DNA of 64,000 nt from an uncultured Actinomycetes bacterium (GCA_963706025.1 CAVPLM010000008.1:32001-96000), one strand, 5' to 3'. Numbered from the stretch's first letter, positions 51,659 to 62,129 are shown. Program-made: numbers and translations. The notes: generated by a model not told the origin, from the letters alone.

Positions 51659-53032
51659 ATGTTTTGGCGCCGCCCGCATAAGAGTGCGAAGCAAGCCCCG
51701 GTCACCTTACCCCCTGCGGATACGGCGCTTGCAGTCAAGTTCGTCGCGGAGGCAGGGAAGCAGATGCTCGAGGCGAGCCCATCGGTCAGCGAGGTCCTGG
51801 ACCGTTTGCGCAGATTCCTGCCTGCGATCGGACTCGAAGGCTGCATGATCGACGCCAACCTCAGCACCCTGACTCTGAGCTACTGGGGGCCGGGGATGCC
51901 TTTGCCCGTGACCATGATGCAGGACGTGAGAGCGCCCGAACCACGGTTGGAGAGGATGGCGGAGACCGTGTCGCTGCTCCAGAGGGTCGAACGGAGGGAG
52001 ATCGATCTTGCGGCGGCTTTCGAGCAACTCCAGGCGCTCGCCCGGGCTCCCAGCATGCGGCGGCGCTATGCGCGCACCGCCATCCTGGTCTCCGTGGTTG
52101 GATGGGTGCTGTTCCTAAACGGTCTGGACATCGTCTCAGTACTCGTCGCACTTCTGGCGACGGCGCTCACCCTCCCGGTCAACTCCGTCGTCAGCCGGCT
52201 GCGCCTTCCGCTCATATCAGGGACATTCGTTGCCGCGATCATCCTGGCTGCTGTTCCCAACCTGTTGGCGGCTGCTGGATTGTCGTTCTCGGTAGCCGCC
52301 GCCGTGGTCGGCGGGCTCTTCATCTATCTGCCGGGGCGCGCCTTCGTCACGGCCGTCATCGACGGTCTTGGCAACGCGCCTGTCTCGGCCATCACCCGCG
52401 CTTTCGAAGCCCTGGTCACCGCGGGCGCCCTGGCGCTCGGCGTGGTGGTCGGCGGCGAGATCGGGGCCGGGCTCGGGGTGGGACTCCAAGCCGACGTTAC
52501 TTCAGCACCCTTGTGGATCTCGGTCCTTGCGGCGGGAGTCGGCGTGCTGGGTATCGCAGTGGCCTGGGGAATGCCGCGCACCCGGGTGATACCAACGGTG
52601 GCGATAGCCGCAATCGGCTGGCTGATCGTCGCACTGCCGGCTCGGGAGGAGGGCGGGGCGGGCTGGGTCGCCTATCTTCTCGCAGCCATGTTTGTAGGCT
52701 TCGCCGGGGTCATCGGGGCTTCCCTCCAGGGCGGGACCGCTAGTGTGTACTCCGGGGTGGCGATACTGCCTCTGGTCCCGGGGTTCAGCATCTACCAGGG
52801 GATGTTGGCTCTCACTCTGGGGACAGGGGACGCTGCGGATCCGTTGAAGAACGCAGCCGTCATCTCGCTTGCCATTGCAGGCGGTGTGGCCGTGGGCCTG
52901 GCACTGGGCCGGAATGCCTTCTCGCTCGCTAGGTGGCTAGGGAGCCACACGCGATCTGCCGGGTCCGACCGCGAGGCCGTCACCCCTACCGAGGCTGCCG
53001 ACTCCTCCGGGGGCGCCGGTCCCCCCGGCTAG
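51659..53032 (+). CDS. Threonine/serine exporter ThrE family
   Basis: N-terminal soluble part, IYLPG, ILPLVPGFSIY, LAIAGGV. Confidence 0.82.
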   Translation: MFWRRPHKSAKQAPVTLPPADTALAVKFVAEAGKQMLEASPSVSEVLDRLRRFLPAIGLEGCMIDANLSTLTLSYWGPGMPLPVTMMQDVRAPEPRLERMAETVSLLQRVERREIDLAAAFEQLQALARAPSMRRRYARTAILVSVVGWVLFLNGLDIVSVLVALLATALTLPVNSVVSRLRLPLISGTFVAAIILAAVPNLLAAAGLSFSVAAAVVGGLFIYLPGRAFVTAVIDGLGNAPVSAITRAFEALVTAGALALGVVVGGEIGAGLGVGLQADVTSAPLWISVLAAGVGVLGIAVAWGMPRTRVIPTVAIAAIGWLIVALPAREEGGAGWVAYLLAAMFVGFAGVIGASLQGGTASVYSGVAILPLVPGFSIYQGMLALTLGTGDAADPLKNAAVISLAIAGGVAVGLALGRNAFSLARWLGSHTRSAGSDREAVTPTEAADSSGGAGPPG

Positions 53033-53150
53033 CTCGAAGAGAACAGCACTCACGAGTGCCGCACGGACGGGTATACATTGGGCGGGACGATCATTCCGGG
53101 CCCGTGGGTGTAGCGTCCGCCTTGTATCTCACTCAAAGGAGGGGACGGCA

Positions 53151-53504
53151 ATGGAACTGATAGATGCCCTGCTGGGAGACGTTCCCATGCTCGTGGCCAC
53201 TGGGACCATAGACCACAGCACGTGCGGTGTTCTGCAGGCGGCCCTTCACCGAAGACTCGAGTCCCGCCATAACATCGTCTTCCTGGATCTCAGCAACGTC
53301 ACCCATATGGACGACGCCGGTCTCTCGGTCCTCCTCGCCTGGGTGCAGGCCTTGCACGGGAGAGGATGGCTGGGGGTGATCGGGCCAAACGTCGACGTCC
53401 GCCGCCTTCTGGAAGGCGAGGGGTTCCTCGTCCATCCGAACGTGCGCGTCTTCGAAACCAGGCAGGCGGCTCTCGTTGCCACGGGGGAGAGGCAAAGCAC
53501 GTAA
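53151..53504 (+). CDS. STAS domain protein, copy 2
   Basis: Protein identical to 34556-34909; duplicated span about 53091-53537. Confidence 0.85.
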   Translation: MELIDALLGDVPMLVATGTIDHSTCGVLQAALHRRLESRHNIVFLDLSNVTHMDDAGLSVLLAWVQALHGRGWLGVIGPNVDVRRLLEGEGFLVHPNVRVFETRQAALVATGERQST

Positions 53505-53552
53505 CCAAGCGGGATCAGCGAAGCTTGGCATGGACCGACAATCGGATCATCC

Positions 53553-53823
53553 GAGCGGGGATACGATCTCTCGGGGCAGCGGGCGAAAGGCATCGACGAG
53601 TACCTGGGCAAGGTTCTCTTTCAATACCTCATTATCGTGTGTGCCGAGGCCGAGAAGAACTGTCCCACCGTCTGGCCGGGAGTAGGCAAGCGCCTATCGT
53701 GGTCCGTCGATGATCCCAGCTCGTCCGAGGGCTCGGTAGAGAAGCGACTGGCCGGGTTCGGTGCAGCTCGGAACCCAGATCGACGGACTGGTCAGGACCT
53801 GGGTGGGTAAGGCTGACCTCTAG
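53553..53823 (+). pseudogene. arsC: C-terminal remnant of LMW-PTP-type arsenate reductase
   Basis: GYDLSGQRAKGIDEYLGKVLFQYLIIVCAEAEKNCPTVWPGVGKRLSWSVDDPS; no N-terminal CxxNSxRS. Confidence 0.75.
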
Positions 53824-53856
53824 CCTCCGGTCGCCCTTCCCACCAGGAACGTGTCC

Positions 53857-54075
53857 TCACCCCTTTGCGCCATCGAGCAACTGCCGACCTACTCCAGCTT
53901 GCTCAAGAGGTTTCCACAGCATCTGGGCCACCTCGCCTCGGGTGGCGTGGCTGCCGGTGAGCCAGCCGTCCAGGGTGCCGGCCGGTCCCTGGATGCCGGC
54001 CAGCAGTCCGTTGAACTCGGCTCTTCTGATGTTGCTTCCGTGAGTGGGGTCGGCATAGCTGAGCACCCCCGTCCA
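53857..54075 (-). pseudogene. C-terminal remnant of an S-layer homology domain protein
   Basis: DPTHGSNIRRAEFNGLLAGI...ATRGEVAQMLW; cut at the degenerate module. Confidence 0.65.
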
Positions 54076-54084
54076 GGAGACTCC

Positions 54085-54115
54085 GGGCGAGTTCGGGGGC
54101 ACTTCTTGGGCACAG
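54085..54115 (+). repeat. Degenerate GGGGGCA module
   Basis: GGGCGAGTTCGGGGGCACTTCTTGGGCACA. Confidence 0.65.
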
Positions 54116-54287
54116 TTCCGGTACCTTTGCGACACCTGTTGCGGTAGGTGGACGACACCAGTTCCGGTACTGTGACACATGGACGAGGCTTGAACCGGCA
54201 CCGAATCGGGATGATAGGATGTCCGGGCATTGACCGATCACGGTCGGCAAGAGTGATTCTCGTTAAGACAAGACGGAGGTTCGCGTA

Positions 54288-54761
54288 ATGAGGCTGCGTA
54301 GCGTGCTGGTCCTGCTTATCATCTCGTTGCTTGTCATACCGCTTGTTGCCTGCGGTGGAGATGGCGAGTCGACGGATACGACGGCTGCGGCGACGCAAAC
54401 GACCGGGGCGATGAGCGCTCCGGCAGGGGAGAAGGTCGCCAAGATGTCGTCTCAGGCTGTCCTGGACGCTATCGGTGCGGGCGCAAAGGACGGTGAAGTG
54501 GTCAGGCCGTTGACCGCTTGGGTGATCAGCAGCGCGAACGCGGCGAACCTATATTTCGTAGCCATGGAGTTCTCGAGCAGCACGGAGAACCACGTAGGAC
54601 TGTGGGCGACCGATGATCCAGAAGGCGCCGGCCAGTTCTGGGCGATCGACGATGTAGCTCAGGACGTGACGACGTTTCCTAAGGGTGATGACGCCGAGCC
54701 GGAGATCACCATGGATGACGCCGCCGCGAAGGAGGCACTGGCCAAGTACAACGTCCAGTAA
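54288..54761 (+). CDS. Lipoprotein, hypothetical
   Basis: GGAGG RBS, signal peptide with LVAC lipobox, Thr/Ala linker. Confidence 0.82.
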   Translation: MRLRSVLVLLIISLLVIPLVACGGDGESTDTTAAATQTTGAMSAPAGEKVAKMSSQAVLDAIGAGAKDGEVVRPLTAWVISSANAANLYFVAMEFSSSTENHVGLWATDDPEGAGQFWAIDDVAQDVTTFPKGDDAEPEITMDDAAAKEALAKYNVQ

Positions 54762-54786
54762 GTGATGCCCGGACGACCCGAGAAAG

Positions 54787-54820
54787 GAAAGCCCTGGGAG
54801 TCTCCGGGGCTTTCTGCTTT
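54787..54820 (+). terminator. Putative intrinsic terminator
   Basis: GAAAGCCCTGG..CCGGGGCTTTC followed by TGCTTT. Confidence 0.6.
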
Positions 54821-54851
54821 GTGCGCCCGATGGGGTTCGGATGAGATACGG

Positions 54852-55679
54852 GTGGCCAAATCCCTGCGTGTCGCCCTCATGTTCGCCGCAGAAGTTGCGC
54901 TCGTGCTCTCCGTGCTTATGCTGACCAGTTGTGGTGGCTCAAGTTCGTCATCCAACGCTTCGGCAGCATTCGACCGGACGTTCACACGCGACAATTGGGC
55001 TGAACTCGACGCCGATCCCGACGCCTTTGAGGGCGCGTGGGTGGACATTGTAGGCGAAGTGCTGGGCGAGCCCGTGAAGGACGGGGACTCCACCTACTGG
55101 CAGATGTGGCCCCACCCCACCAACGTAGACTGGCTCGCCGTGGTCGAGTTCGAGGACCCGTCGTTCACCATCGCCGATGGCGACTGCGTCCGTGTGCTGG
55201 GCACTGTGCGAGGTACGGCCGAGGGCAAGATCCCTTTCCTGGCGACGCTCGATGCCGTGGCCGTGCACGCCGAGACGGCGGAGGTAGTCGACCGAGACGC
55301 CCTTGCGCCGCCGGCACTGCGCACCGTCGAAGTGGCACAGAGCGTCGACCAGCACCGCTTGGTCGTTACCGTGGACAAGGTGGAGTTCGCCGCCAACGAG
55401 ACCCGCGTCTACGTCACAGTAAGCAACCAGTCAACCGCTACCGCCATGTTCAACGGCTACAAGGCCAGAGCAATGCAGGGGCAGACTCAGTATGCACCCG
55501 AGGACCTCACCTACTACCCGTGGGTGGAGCCGGAACTGCCGCCGGCCGCCTCATCCTCCGGGGTGATTCTCTTCAAAGCGCTAGACCCCTTGCAGGCCAC
55601 AAAACTATCACTAGAGCCTCGTACCGACGATTATCAACTGAAGTTCACCCCGTATGTCTTTGCGATAGCAGGGAACTAG
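54852..55679 (+). CDS. Lipoprotein with OB-fold-like and Ig-like (DUF4352-like) parts
   Basis: LTSC lipobox; DPDAFEGAWVDIVGEV; VTVDKVEF..VYVTVSN..SSGVILF. Confidence 0.7.
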   Translation: MAKSLRVALMFAAEVALVLSVLMLTSCGGSSSSSNASAAFDRTFTRDNWAELDADPDAFEGAWVDIVGEVLGEPVKDGDSTYWQMWPHPTNVDWLAVVEFEDPSFTIADGDCVRVLGTVRGTAEGKIPFLATLDAVAVHAETAEVVDRDALAPPALRTVEVAQSVDQHRLVVTVDKVEFAANETRVYVTVSNQSTATAMFNGYKARAMQGQTQYAPEDLTYYPWVEPELPPAASSSGVILFKALDPLQATKLSLEPRTDDYQLKFTPYVFAIAGN

Positions 55680-55699
55680 GCCGTCCTTCAAGAGACCCG

Positions 55700-55740
55700 G
55701 CCGCGCAACCGGTACCGGGGGATCGAATCCCCCCCTCTCC
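55700..55740 (+). repeat. tRNA-Ser 3' fragment with two mismatches
   Basis: GCCGCGCAACCGGTACCGGGGGATCGAATCCCCCCCTCTCC. Confidence 0.88.
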
Positions 55741-55769
55741 AACGGCGACCGAGGATCTCCCCCGACTTG

Positions 55770-56492
55770 TCAGGCAAGCGCAATGACCCTGGCCGGGCCG
55801 GAGTCGGCCTTCAGTCTGATGGGAAGGGCCATGATATAGCAGCGCTTCCCGGTCACCTCGTCGATCTCGCCCCCCAGATTCTCTATGAGCAGTATCTCGT
55901 TCTCTATGAGGCACACTCGATGCAAGGGATGGTCCCAGTGGTCTTGCTCGCTGCCCGGTTCCACACAGATCGTATCCATGCCGATCATCTTGATCTTTTT
56001 TTCCAGTAAGAACCTCTCTACGGCAACCCCGTCCAGTCCGGGGTGCAGGGTGCCATACTCCTTGGTCCCGAATTGCTTGTGCCGGCCCGTATTGATGATG
56101 AGGATGTCGCCTTCCTCGATCGTGGGCTCCGCCTTCTCAAGGTCCTCCCCCGTGATGGGCGCGCTGTCCCCCAGATGCCTGAAATCGAGCACGACGCCGG
56201 GTCCCATGAAGGCGTCGAGCGGGAACTGGTAGATCGCCTTTCCTTCTTTGCTGAAATGCCAGGTTCCATCGACATGCGTTCCCGTGTGGGTTGTGATCTG
56301 CACGTCGTGGTAGATAGGCCATCCCGGCGCGGGTCCGCTACCCCCGCCACACATGGGAGGCACGTCCTCGGGCATGTCGTGCCGTTCGACCAATGTCCTC
56401 GCGCCTGCCGCCTCCTCCGCGGGATGCATCTGCATGTCGGAATATGTCAGAACGCTTAGATCGTAAGCTTTCTCAAACTGAATGATGTTCAC
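55770..56492 (-). CDS. Cyclase family (kynurenine formamidase-like) protein
   Basis: HTGTHVDG, GDILIINTG, IENL, DSGPARVIA. Confidence 0.92.
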   Translation of the reverse strand: MNIIQFEKAYDLSVLTYSDMQMHPAEEAAGARTLVERHDMPEDVPPMCGGGSGPAPGWPIYHDVQITTHTGTHVDGTWHFSKEGKAIYQFPLDAFMGPGVVLDFRHLGDSAPITGEDLEKAEPTIEEGDILIINTGRHKQFGTKEYGTLHPGLDGVAVERFLLEKKIKMIGMDTICVEPGSEQDHWDHPLHRVCLIENEILLIENLGGEIDEVTGKRCYIMALPIRLKADSGPARVIALA

Positions 56493-56791
56493 CTTGTTTT
56501 CCTATCTCTTTCCTATAGTCTACGATTTAACTTCGCTTTCAAACCACGATAAAACTGCATCAGTACATTCGCATAATCTCACTAAACAATATCGTTGTTT
56601 TCATTCTTCTGGAGGGCAAACTCGCCGCCCCACAGTATCCCCCGTCGTGTGAGATGCCACAAGGCAAACCCTCGACCACAACGACAACCCTCTATTTCAG
56701 GCTCGGCGAGACCTGGACCTCGGTCGTGACTCCTTGACATGAGCAGGCCCATCTGCGTTGGTCCATTCGTCGGCCAAGCGGTTGCGGGGGA

Positions 56792-57580
56792 CTAGTTCGG
56801 CCGCCGCAGCAGGAAGAACACGTTGCCGTAGTACCCCGGGTACTTGCGGCGTATGTCGATCTCCGCTTGGATCCGCTCCAGCAGCTCCAGCCTCTCCGGA
56901 TCGGCGGCGAGACTGTTGCGATACCGGGCGAGACGAGCTTCGAGTGGGCGGTAGTAGAAGTCCCACCACGATGAATCGGGGAGCACGAACTCGCCCACGA
57001 GCTCGAACCCGCAGTCGGCGATGAGCCTTTCATTGGCTATCACGTCGAGCATCGCGGGATACTCGGCGGCGAAGAACTGCGCGCACTCCGCCGGCGGGTC
57101 GGGAAGCAGCCAGGCGAGTTCGGAAACCGCCGCCAGCCCACCGGGCACCAGCCGGGCGAAGCAGGCCTCGAGTCCGGCCTGAAAGCCCATGACGAAGAGA
57201 GACCCCTCGGCCCAGACAAGGTCGAAGACTCCCTCCTCCTCGCTCAGGGCGTGCATGTCTTTCAGGCAAGAGCGGATCTTCTCCCCCAGACCCTCGGCGC
57301 GGGCGCGGCTCTCCAGCTCGTCCAAGTACGGCTGGTGGTTGTCTACGGCCAAGACGGTGCCGTCCAGATGACGGGCCAGTTGCAGCGTCTGCGCGCCGGT
57401 GCCGCAGCCGATGTCTAGGACCCGCATGCGCTTGGGCTGTGGCCTGTCCGAGCCTCGACCCCCGGCAACCAGCAGACTACTCAGAGCGCGCAGGGTCGAA
57501 GCGTCATCTCCCGGGCCTAGCCGCGGCATCGTGGGGTCGAATATCTCGTAGAAGAGACGCCATTGTTCTTGTTCGTCCAT
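56792..57580 (-). CDS. Class I SAM methyltransferase
   Basis: PRLGPGD, VLDIGCGTGAQT, FDLVWAEGS, YYGNVFF. Confidence 0.92.
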   Translation of the reverse strand: MDEQEQWRLFYEIFDPTMPRLGPGDDASTLRALSSLLVAGGRGSDRPQPKRMRVLDIGCGTGAQTLQLARHLDGTVLAVDNHQPYLDELESRARAEGLGEKIRSCLKDMHALSEEEGVFDLVWAEGSLFVMGFQAGLEACFARLVPGGLAAVSELAWLLPDPPAECAQFFAAEYPAMLDVIANERLIADCGFELVGEFVLPDSSWWDFYYRPLEARLARYRNSLAADPERLELLERIQAEIDIRRKYPGYYGNVFFLLRRPN

Positions 57581-57710
57581 GGTGGTGTTCTTCACCCTTC
57601 CTGACGTAGGCGGCCAAATCGGCGTGGACAGGCTACCTAGATTCGCGTGCCTCACAACCGGTCACACGGTCTGTAGACGCCCTAGCTCCGTCTGCAGGCG
57701 GGTGCTCGCG

Positions 57711-58596
57711 CTACCGCTGCCTACGTCCGAGGAAGGGGACCAGGACCGGTGTCCGCCGTTTGTAGGCCTCGTACGCTTCCTGGCCGCCCCAGGTCGTGTC
57801 GGCCTTCTTCTCAAGGAGCGGCACGCCGCTCACCCGGGTGATGAGCAGATAGACGAAGACCGGCGAGATGAGGGTCACGAACTGCCAGCCCCGCAGCACC
57901 GGCAGGGCGATGAGGGCGATGCCGATCCACAGGGTGATCTCCCCGAAGTAGTTGGGGTGCCGGGAGATGGCCCACACACCCGAGGTGATGAACGAGCCCT
58001 GGTGGGCAGGGTCGGCCCGGAAACGGCTCTTCTGGAGGTCGGCAATGGCTTCGAGCCCGAAACCGATCGCCCACACGCCCAGGCCTACGTACGCGAAGCA
58101 GGTCGAGTCCCTGGGGCTCGGTCGAGGTCACGGCCGCCAGCGCGGCGGCCAGGGTCAGGCTCACCCACAGCCCTTGCAGCGTCCAGGTCATAAAGAGGCG
58201 GGGAGCAGAGCGCTTGATCTCATCGAAGCGGTCGTCCTTGCCCGCTCGGCGCACCCGGCGAAAGAGGAAGGGTCCCAAACGTCCGGCCCACACGAGTACC
58301 AGCACCAGCAGCAGGATGGAGCGGGCGTCGCTGGCCCCGCTCAAAACGACGGCAAGCACGATGCCCGAGATGTAGGTGAAGCTGCCGGTGAGATCGTAGA
58401 AGCGCTCGGTCTGCCCGAGGTAGGAGGGTACGAAGGCCAGCCACTGCACGAGGAAGGCGTAGCCGACGATAAGCGCGAAGACCGGCATGACCCCAACAGT
58501 GACCCCACCCTGGGAGCCGGCCCAGGCGACCAGGCCGGCGACCAGAACGACCACGAGCGAAGCGGCGATCGACGAGGCGCTCTTTTTGCCGGCCAT
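57711..58596 (-). CDS. DUF1295 membrane protein, copy 2, same frameshift (near 58099)
   Basis: Near-identical to 29569-30454. Confidence 0.85.
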
Positions 58597-58661
58597 CTGC
58601 TGCTCCTCGGGGACGGTATTCGGTGCGCGCGAACTCGAAAGCCATGGTAGCAGGACGCGTC

Positions 58662-58695
58662 GGGCGAGTTCGGGGGCAACTCGGGGGCAAACTCG
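58662..58695 (+). repeat. GGGGGCAA module at the end of the duplicated unit
   Basis: GGGCGAGTTCGGGGGCAACTCGGGGGCAAACTCG, followed by GGACCGGGAC x2. Confidence 0.85.
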
Positions 58696-58771
58696 ACGGC
58701 ACTCGATGGCAGTGAACGGACCGGGACGGACCGGGACGGACGCGAAGACGCGGGATCACAGATTCGAGGCG

Positions 58772-59389
58772 CTATCTCATGTCCATCTTCTTCTCGTATC
58801 GTCTCTTGACCATGAGGCAGATCGGCGCGGGTATCGCGGGCCTGATGAAGTAGTCAACTCGTGGTGCCGAACCACCACTATTCAAGTCCGAAGCTATCGC
58901 GGCAAAGGCCCTCTTCAGCTTCAGGTCCAGGAAGGGCACCCGTTTGGTCGTCACCACGACCGGCCCGCTGGAGATGCAGACCGCGAATCTCCAGTCGAGA
59001 GAGAGCCGGCGGCAGAAATTCATCAAGACCCGGACGCATTCGCCGAATATCACCGGTCTGGGGAAACCGCAGTTCACGATCGCGTAGACCTTGGCCTCTC
59101 GCGTGTATTGTTTACCCGATCTGGTGTACGAGTAGTAGTCCTCGAGGAGCCGCATGAGCGCTCCGGGAATCGCGTATGCGTAGAGAGGGAAGACCAGGAT
59201 CAGAGCGTCGGCGGCGGCCAGTTGTCCTAGTACCTCCGACGGATAGCTCCCGTTAAGGCGTGCCTTGACAGTGACTATCGTCTTGGCGTATTCGGCGTCG
59301 GGGAGCCGACTCTCGACATCCCTTAGGAACTCGAGGGATGACGCCTTCTTGCCCCGGAGACTACCGTTTATCAGACAGATGCGTCTCAT
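58772..59389 (-). CDS. Flavodoxin-like NAD(P)H-dependent oxidoreductase
   Basis: LINGSLRGKKASS, VFPLYAYAIPG, IVNCGFP. Confidence 0.85.
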   Translation of the reverse strand: MRRICLINGSLRGKKASSLEFLRDVESRLPDAEYAKTIVTVKARLNGSYPSEVLGQLAAADALILVFPLYAYAIPGALMRLLEDYYSYTRSGKQYTREAKVYAIVNCGFPRPVIFGECVRVLMNFCRRLSLDWRFAVCISSGPVVVTTKRVPFLDLKLKRAFAAIASDLNSGGSAPRVDYFIRPAIPAPICLMVKRRYEKKMDMR

Positions 59390-59916
59390 GCCTGACCCGC
59401 GGCCAGCAGGTCTCGTCTCAGACTCTCACAGATCGCGGCGTTCTCTTCGAGGGACTGCGTGACATGGACATCGACCCTGCTATCCATCCCGGGGTGAACG
59501 ATATCTGCGCTACCACAGTGCTTGGCAGTCAGATCGATGAAGGTGCTCTTCTCCTCAGCGTCGATATCGCTGCTGCACCCGATGACTATCTGCCACGCAT
59601 GACTGCCGGTACCTCTGTCGAGGGCGTTCTTGACGGTCGAGGAGAAGTGTCCGAAGACGACCGGAGTCACAAAGACCGTCAGGCCCAACTGCTTCACGTC
59701 CCTTCTGATCTCACCCACGGCATCCTTGTTGACGCACTCCCCTCGGTGTCTTGTCGCGCAAAGGAAACAGCCAAGGCAGGGGGCCACGCGGTCTCTCTGG
59801 AGTCCGATCGCTTGAACCTGGGCGCCGTTATCCGCGAGCACCCGGGCCAAACCGGCCGTCAGGTTCTCCGACAGCTCGGTTTTGCAGTCGCTGTCTGAAA
59901 AGATGACGGCTCTCAT
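59386..59916 (-). CDS. Iron-sulfur flavoprotein-like flavodoxin
   Basis: PCLGCFLCATRHRGECVNKD, TPVVFGHFSSTVKNALDR. Confidence 0.85.
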   Translation of the reverse strand: MRAVIFSDSDCKTELSENLTAGLARVLADNGAQVQAIGLQRDRVAPCLGCFLCATRHRGECVNKDAVGEIRRDVKQLGLTVFVTPVVFGHFSSTVKNALDRGTGSHAWQIVIGCSSDIDAEEKSTFIDLTAKHCGSADIVHPGMDSRVDVHVTQSLEENAAICESLRRDLLAAGQA

Positions 59917-59960
59917 CACGACCCTCCGCGGTTCCGCTACTCCTTTGTGCACAGTCGCGG

Positions 59961-60503
59961 CTATGACCCGGCCACCAGCCGGGGCATCGCGTCCAGCGCG
60001 GCCTCCGGGGCGCGGCTGGACGGATCGTCGCGCATCATGCGGATGGCCTCTGTTCCAATTGCCATCGCGAAGACAGCCGTCATCTCGGGATCTTCCACGT
60101 GCAGTTCGCCGGCCTCGTTTCCTTGGACGATGAGGCCCTGCACCATCGGGCCGAAGACGCGCGCGTTCACCTCGGCCACGATCTCGGGCGGCTCACCGGC
60201 ATCTCGGTAGGGGTTCGCCTCGAACCCACGACGGGCGTCGGCGAAGGCGATCCTGGTCACTTCGACGATGCGGCCGAGCGCGCTCGTCTCCGTAAGCAAC
60301 GACTCCACACGCTGCCGTTGCTGCATCGCCCAGAGCTCCACCGAGGCCCGATAAATGCTTTCCTTGGTCCCGAAGTGCTCGTAGATCGTCTGCTTCGAGA
60401 TGTGCAGCGCTCGTGCCAGGTCATCCACCGATGCACGGCGGTAACCGTAGCGCAGGGCTAGTTCGCCGAACGCTGCGGCTATTTCGTCTTTCGTGGCCGG
60501 CAT
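59961..60503 (-). CDS. TetR family regulator
   Basis: GYRRASVDDLARALHISKQTIYEHFGTKE. Confidence 0.92.
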   Translation of the reverse strand: MPATKDEIAAAFGELALRYGYRRASVDDLARALHISKQTIYEHFGTKESIYRASVELWAMQQRQRVESLLTETSALGRIVEVTRIAFADARRGFEANPYRDAGEPPEIVAEVNARVFGPMVQGLIVQGNEAGELHVEDPEMTAVFAMAIGTEAIRMMRDDPSSRAPEAALDAMPRLVAGS

Positions 60504-60525
60504 ATGCCTCTCCGCTTGGCTGTAC

Positions 60526-60556
60526 TGCTGTACTCATAGAGTTCGAAAGTACAGCA
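60526..60556. promoter_or_regulatory. Putative TetR operator
   Basis: TGCTGTACT-N13-AGTACAGCA inverted repeat just upstream of tetR. Confidence 0.55.
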
Positions 60557-60641
60557 TAGTCTCCTTCACGAGGTAAGTCAAGGGATTACTGGCCTCCCGT
60601 CGGAGAGGCACTCAGCGCCTCGCGGCCACGGCGTTGAGAAC

Positions 60642-60681
60642 CCGCGCAATCGGTACCGGGGGTTCGAATCCCCCCGCTTCG
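60642..60681 (+). repeat. Degenerate tRNA-Ser 3' fragment
   Basis: CCGCGCAATCGGTACCGGGGGTTCGAATCCCCCCGCTTCG. Confidence 0.85.
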
Positions 60682-60831
60682 TTTGGAGATCGAAATCGTC
60701 TCTTTCGTGGGATTCTTCACTCAGTCTGCACGATGGCTTGCCGATCCTCAGGGCGCAGCTCGACGATGCCGATACCGTGACTAGTTGCATGATGGTCGGC
60801 CGGCCCATTATCCTACAGCAGCCGGTCGTGG

Positions 60832-61731
60832 ATGACCGCAAACAGCCACCGCACAGGAATGACACGCCGAAGGAACATCGCCAGAGCATCGATCTGCGGA
60901 GCAACGGCGCTGATGACGATAGCGCTGGTTTCCCTCCTCACCTGGGGATGTGGAGAGAACGCGTCTCCGCCGCTGAGCCTCTCCGCGGGGCCCACGGTCT
61001 CCGACGCCCCCGTGTGGCCCAGCGCGACCGCGCCCAGCGGTCAGGGGAGAGGCTCGGTCTCCCTGCACGAGAGGGTGATGGCCGAGCAGGGCCGTCGGAC
61101 CGGCGCGGCGGCCGCGGACCGCCCGACCACGACCACTTCGACGGACGCGCCTCAGTCGACCACAACCGCCTCCAGCGCCCCAGCGGGCGCGGCGGGCGAG
61201 ACGACCGCTGTCGTACTCACCGCAGGACAGACACCGCTCGTAGGGGTATGGAGCGGAGCGGCCGAGCGGCTGGCCTCATTCCTTCTTCAGGCCTCTCCTT
61301 CCCCTCGCTTCACGGTCCCGGTCCCGGTCCTGGCCGAGTACTACATCCGCTACTGTCGCGAAGCGGGACTGCGGGCCGATCTGCTCTGGGCGCAGATGAT
61401 CCACGAAACCGGCTACGGCATGTACGGCGGGGCCTTGGTGCCGGAGCAGAACAACTACGCGGGCATCGGAGCCACCGGCGGCGGCGAACCAGGTGCGTGG
61501 TTCCCCACAGCCGAGGCGGGAGTCGTCGCCCACGTGGCCCACATGGTGGCTTATGTCTACGACTCGAGCCCGGTACCGTGGGCCGATGCGACCACCGATC
61601 CGCGGTTCGACTTCGTCTACCCTCGGGGCGCGGCCTCCGTCCTGGCCGACCTGAATGGACGCTGGGCCGTTCCCGGTACCGAGTACGGCCAGCATGTCGA
61701 AGCAATCGTCCGGGCGATAAACCCGGAGTAG
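60832..61731 (+). CDS. Secreted/lipoprotein glucosaminidase-domain (GH73-like) protein
   Basis: Signal with WGC, Thr-rich linker, AQMIHETGY, QNNYAGIGATGG, LNGRWA..YG. Confidence 0.85.
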   Translation: MTANSHRTGMTRRRNIARASICGATALMTIALVSLLTWGCGENASPPLSLSAGPTVSDAPVWPSATAPSGQGRGSVSLHERVMAEQGRRTGAAAADRPTTTTSTDAPQSTTTASSAPAGAAGETTAVVLTAGQTPLVGVWSGAAERLASFLLQASPSPRFTVPVPVLAEYYIRYCREAGLRADLLWAQMIHETGYGMYGGALVPEQNNYAGIGATGGGEPGAWFPTAEAGVVAHVAHMVAYVYDSSPVPWADATTDPRFDFVYPRGAASVLADLNGRWAVPGTEYGQHVEAIVRAINPE

Positions 61732-61814
61732 GGGACAACACCCTGAATCGAAACGCATCGTCGATCTGTACGTTCCGGTGAAGCCTTCTACTCCGGCGCC
61801 GCGTGCGTTCGTTA

Positions 61815-62129
61815 CTACTGGGCCGACATCCGCCCGACCTCGGTGGCCAGATCAAACGTGCGAATGCTCATTTCTTCCAGCAACTCGCGAATCTTGGCGA
61901 GACGCTGCTTGAAACCGTCGCTCGCCCGCCACTCCTCTACTGCGCGCTCGTCGGGCCAAGCTCCAACGCTTCTGAAACGGGCCGGGTCTTCCTTGTCCCT
62001 GAACAGCTTGCCCCACCCGTTGGGGCCGTATTCATTGGTGCTCCACTCGGCGAGCTCCCGCCAGGCATCCACGAACTCCTGCTCGCGGCCTGGCTTCACC
62101 TGCCAATCCCCAGATGTATAGACGGCCAC
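61815..62129 (-). CDS. Antibiotic biosynthesis monooxygenase-like protein
   Basis: WQVKPGREQEFVDAW, LFRDKEDPARFRSVGAW; GGAGGAGG RBS. Confidence 0.85.
   Translation of the reverse strand: MAVYTSGDWQVKPGREQEFVDAWRELAEWSTNEYGPNGWGKLFRDKEDPARFRSVGAWPDERAVEEWRASDGFKQRLAKIRELLEEMSIRTFDLATEVGRMSAQ

Noticed and set aside
60507-60519. CCTCTCCGCTTGG resembling a tRNA 3' end
   Set aside because: Short, and explained as the reverse-strand RBS of tetR.
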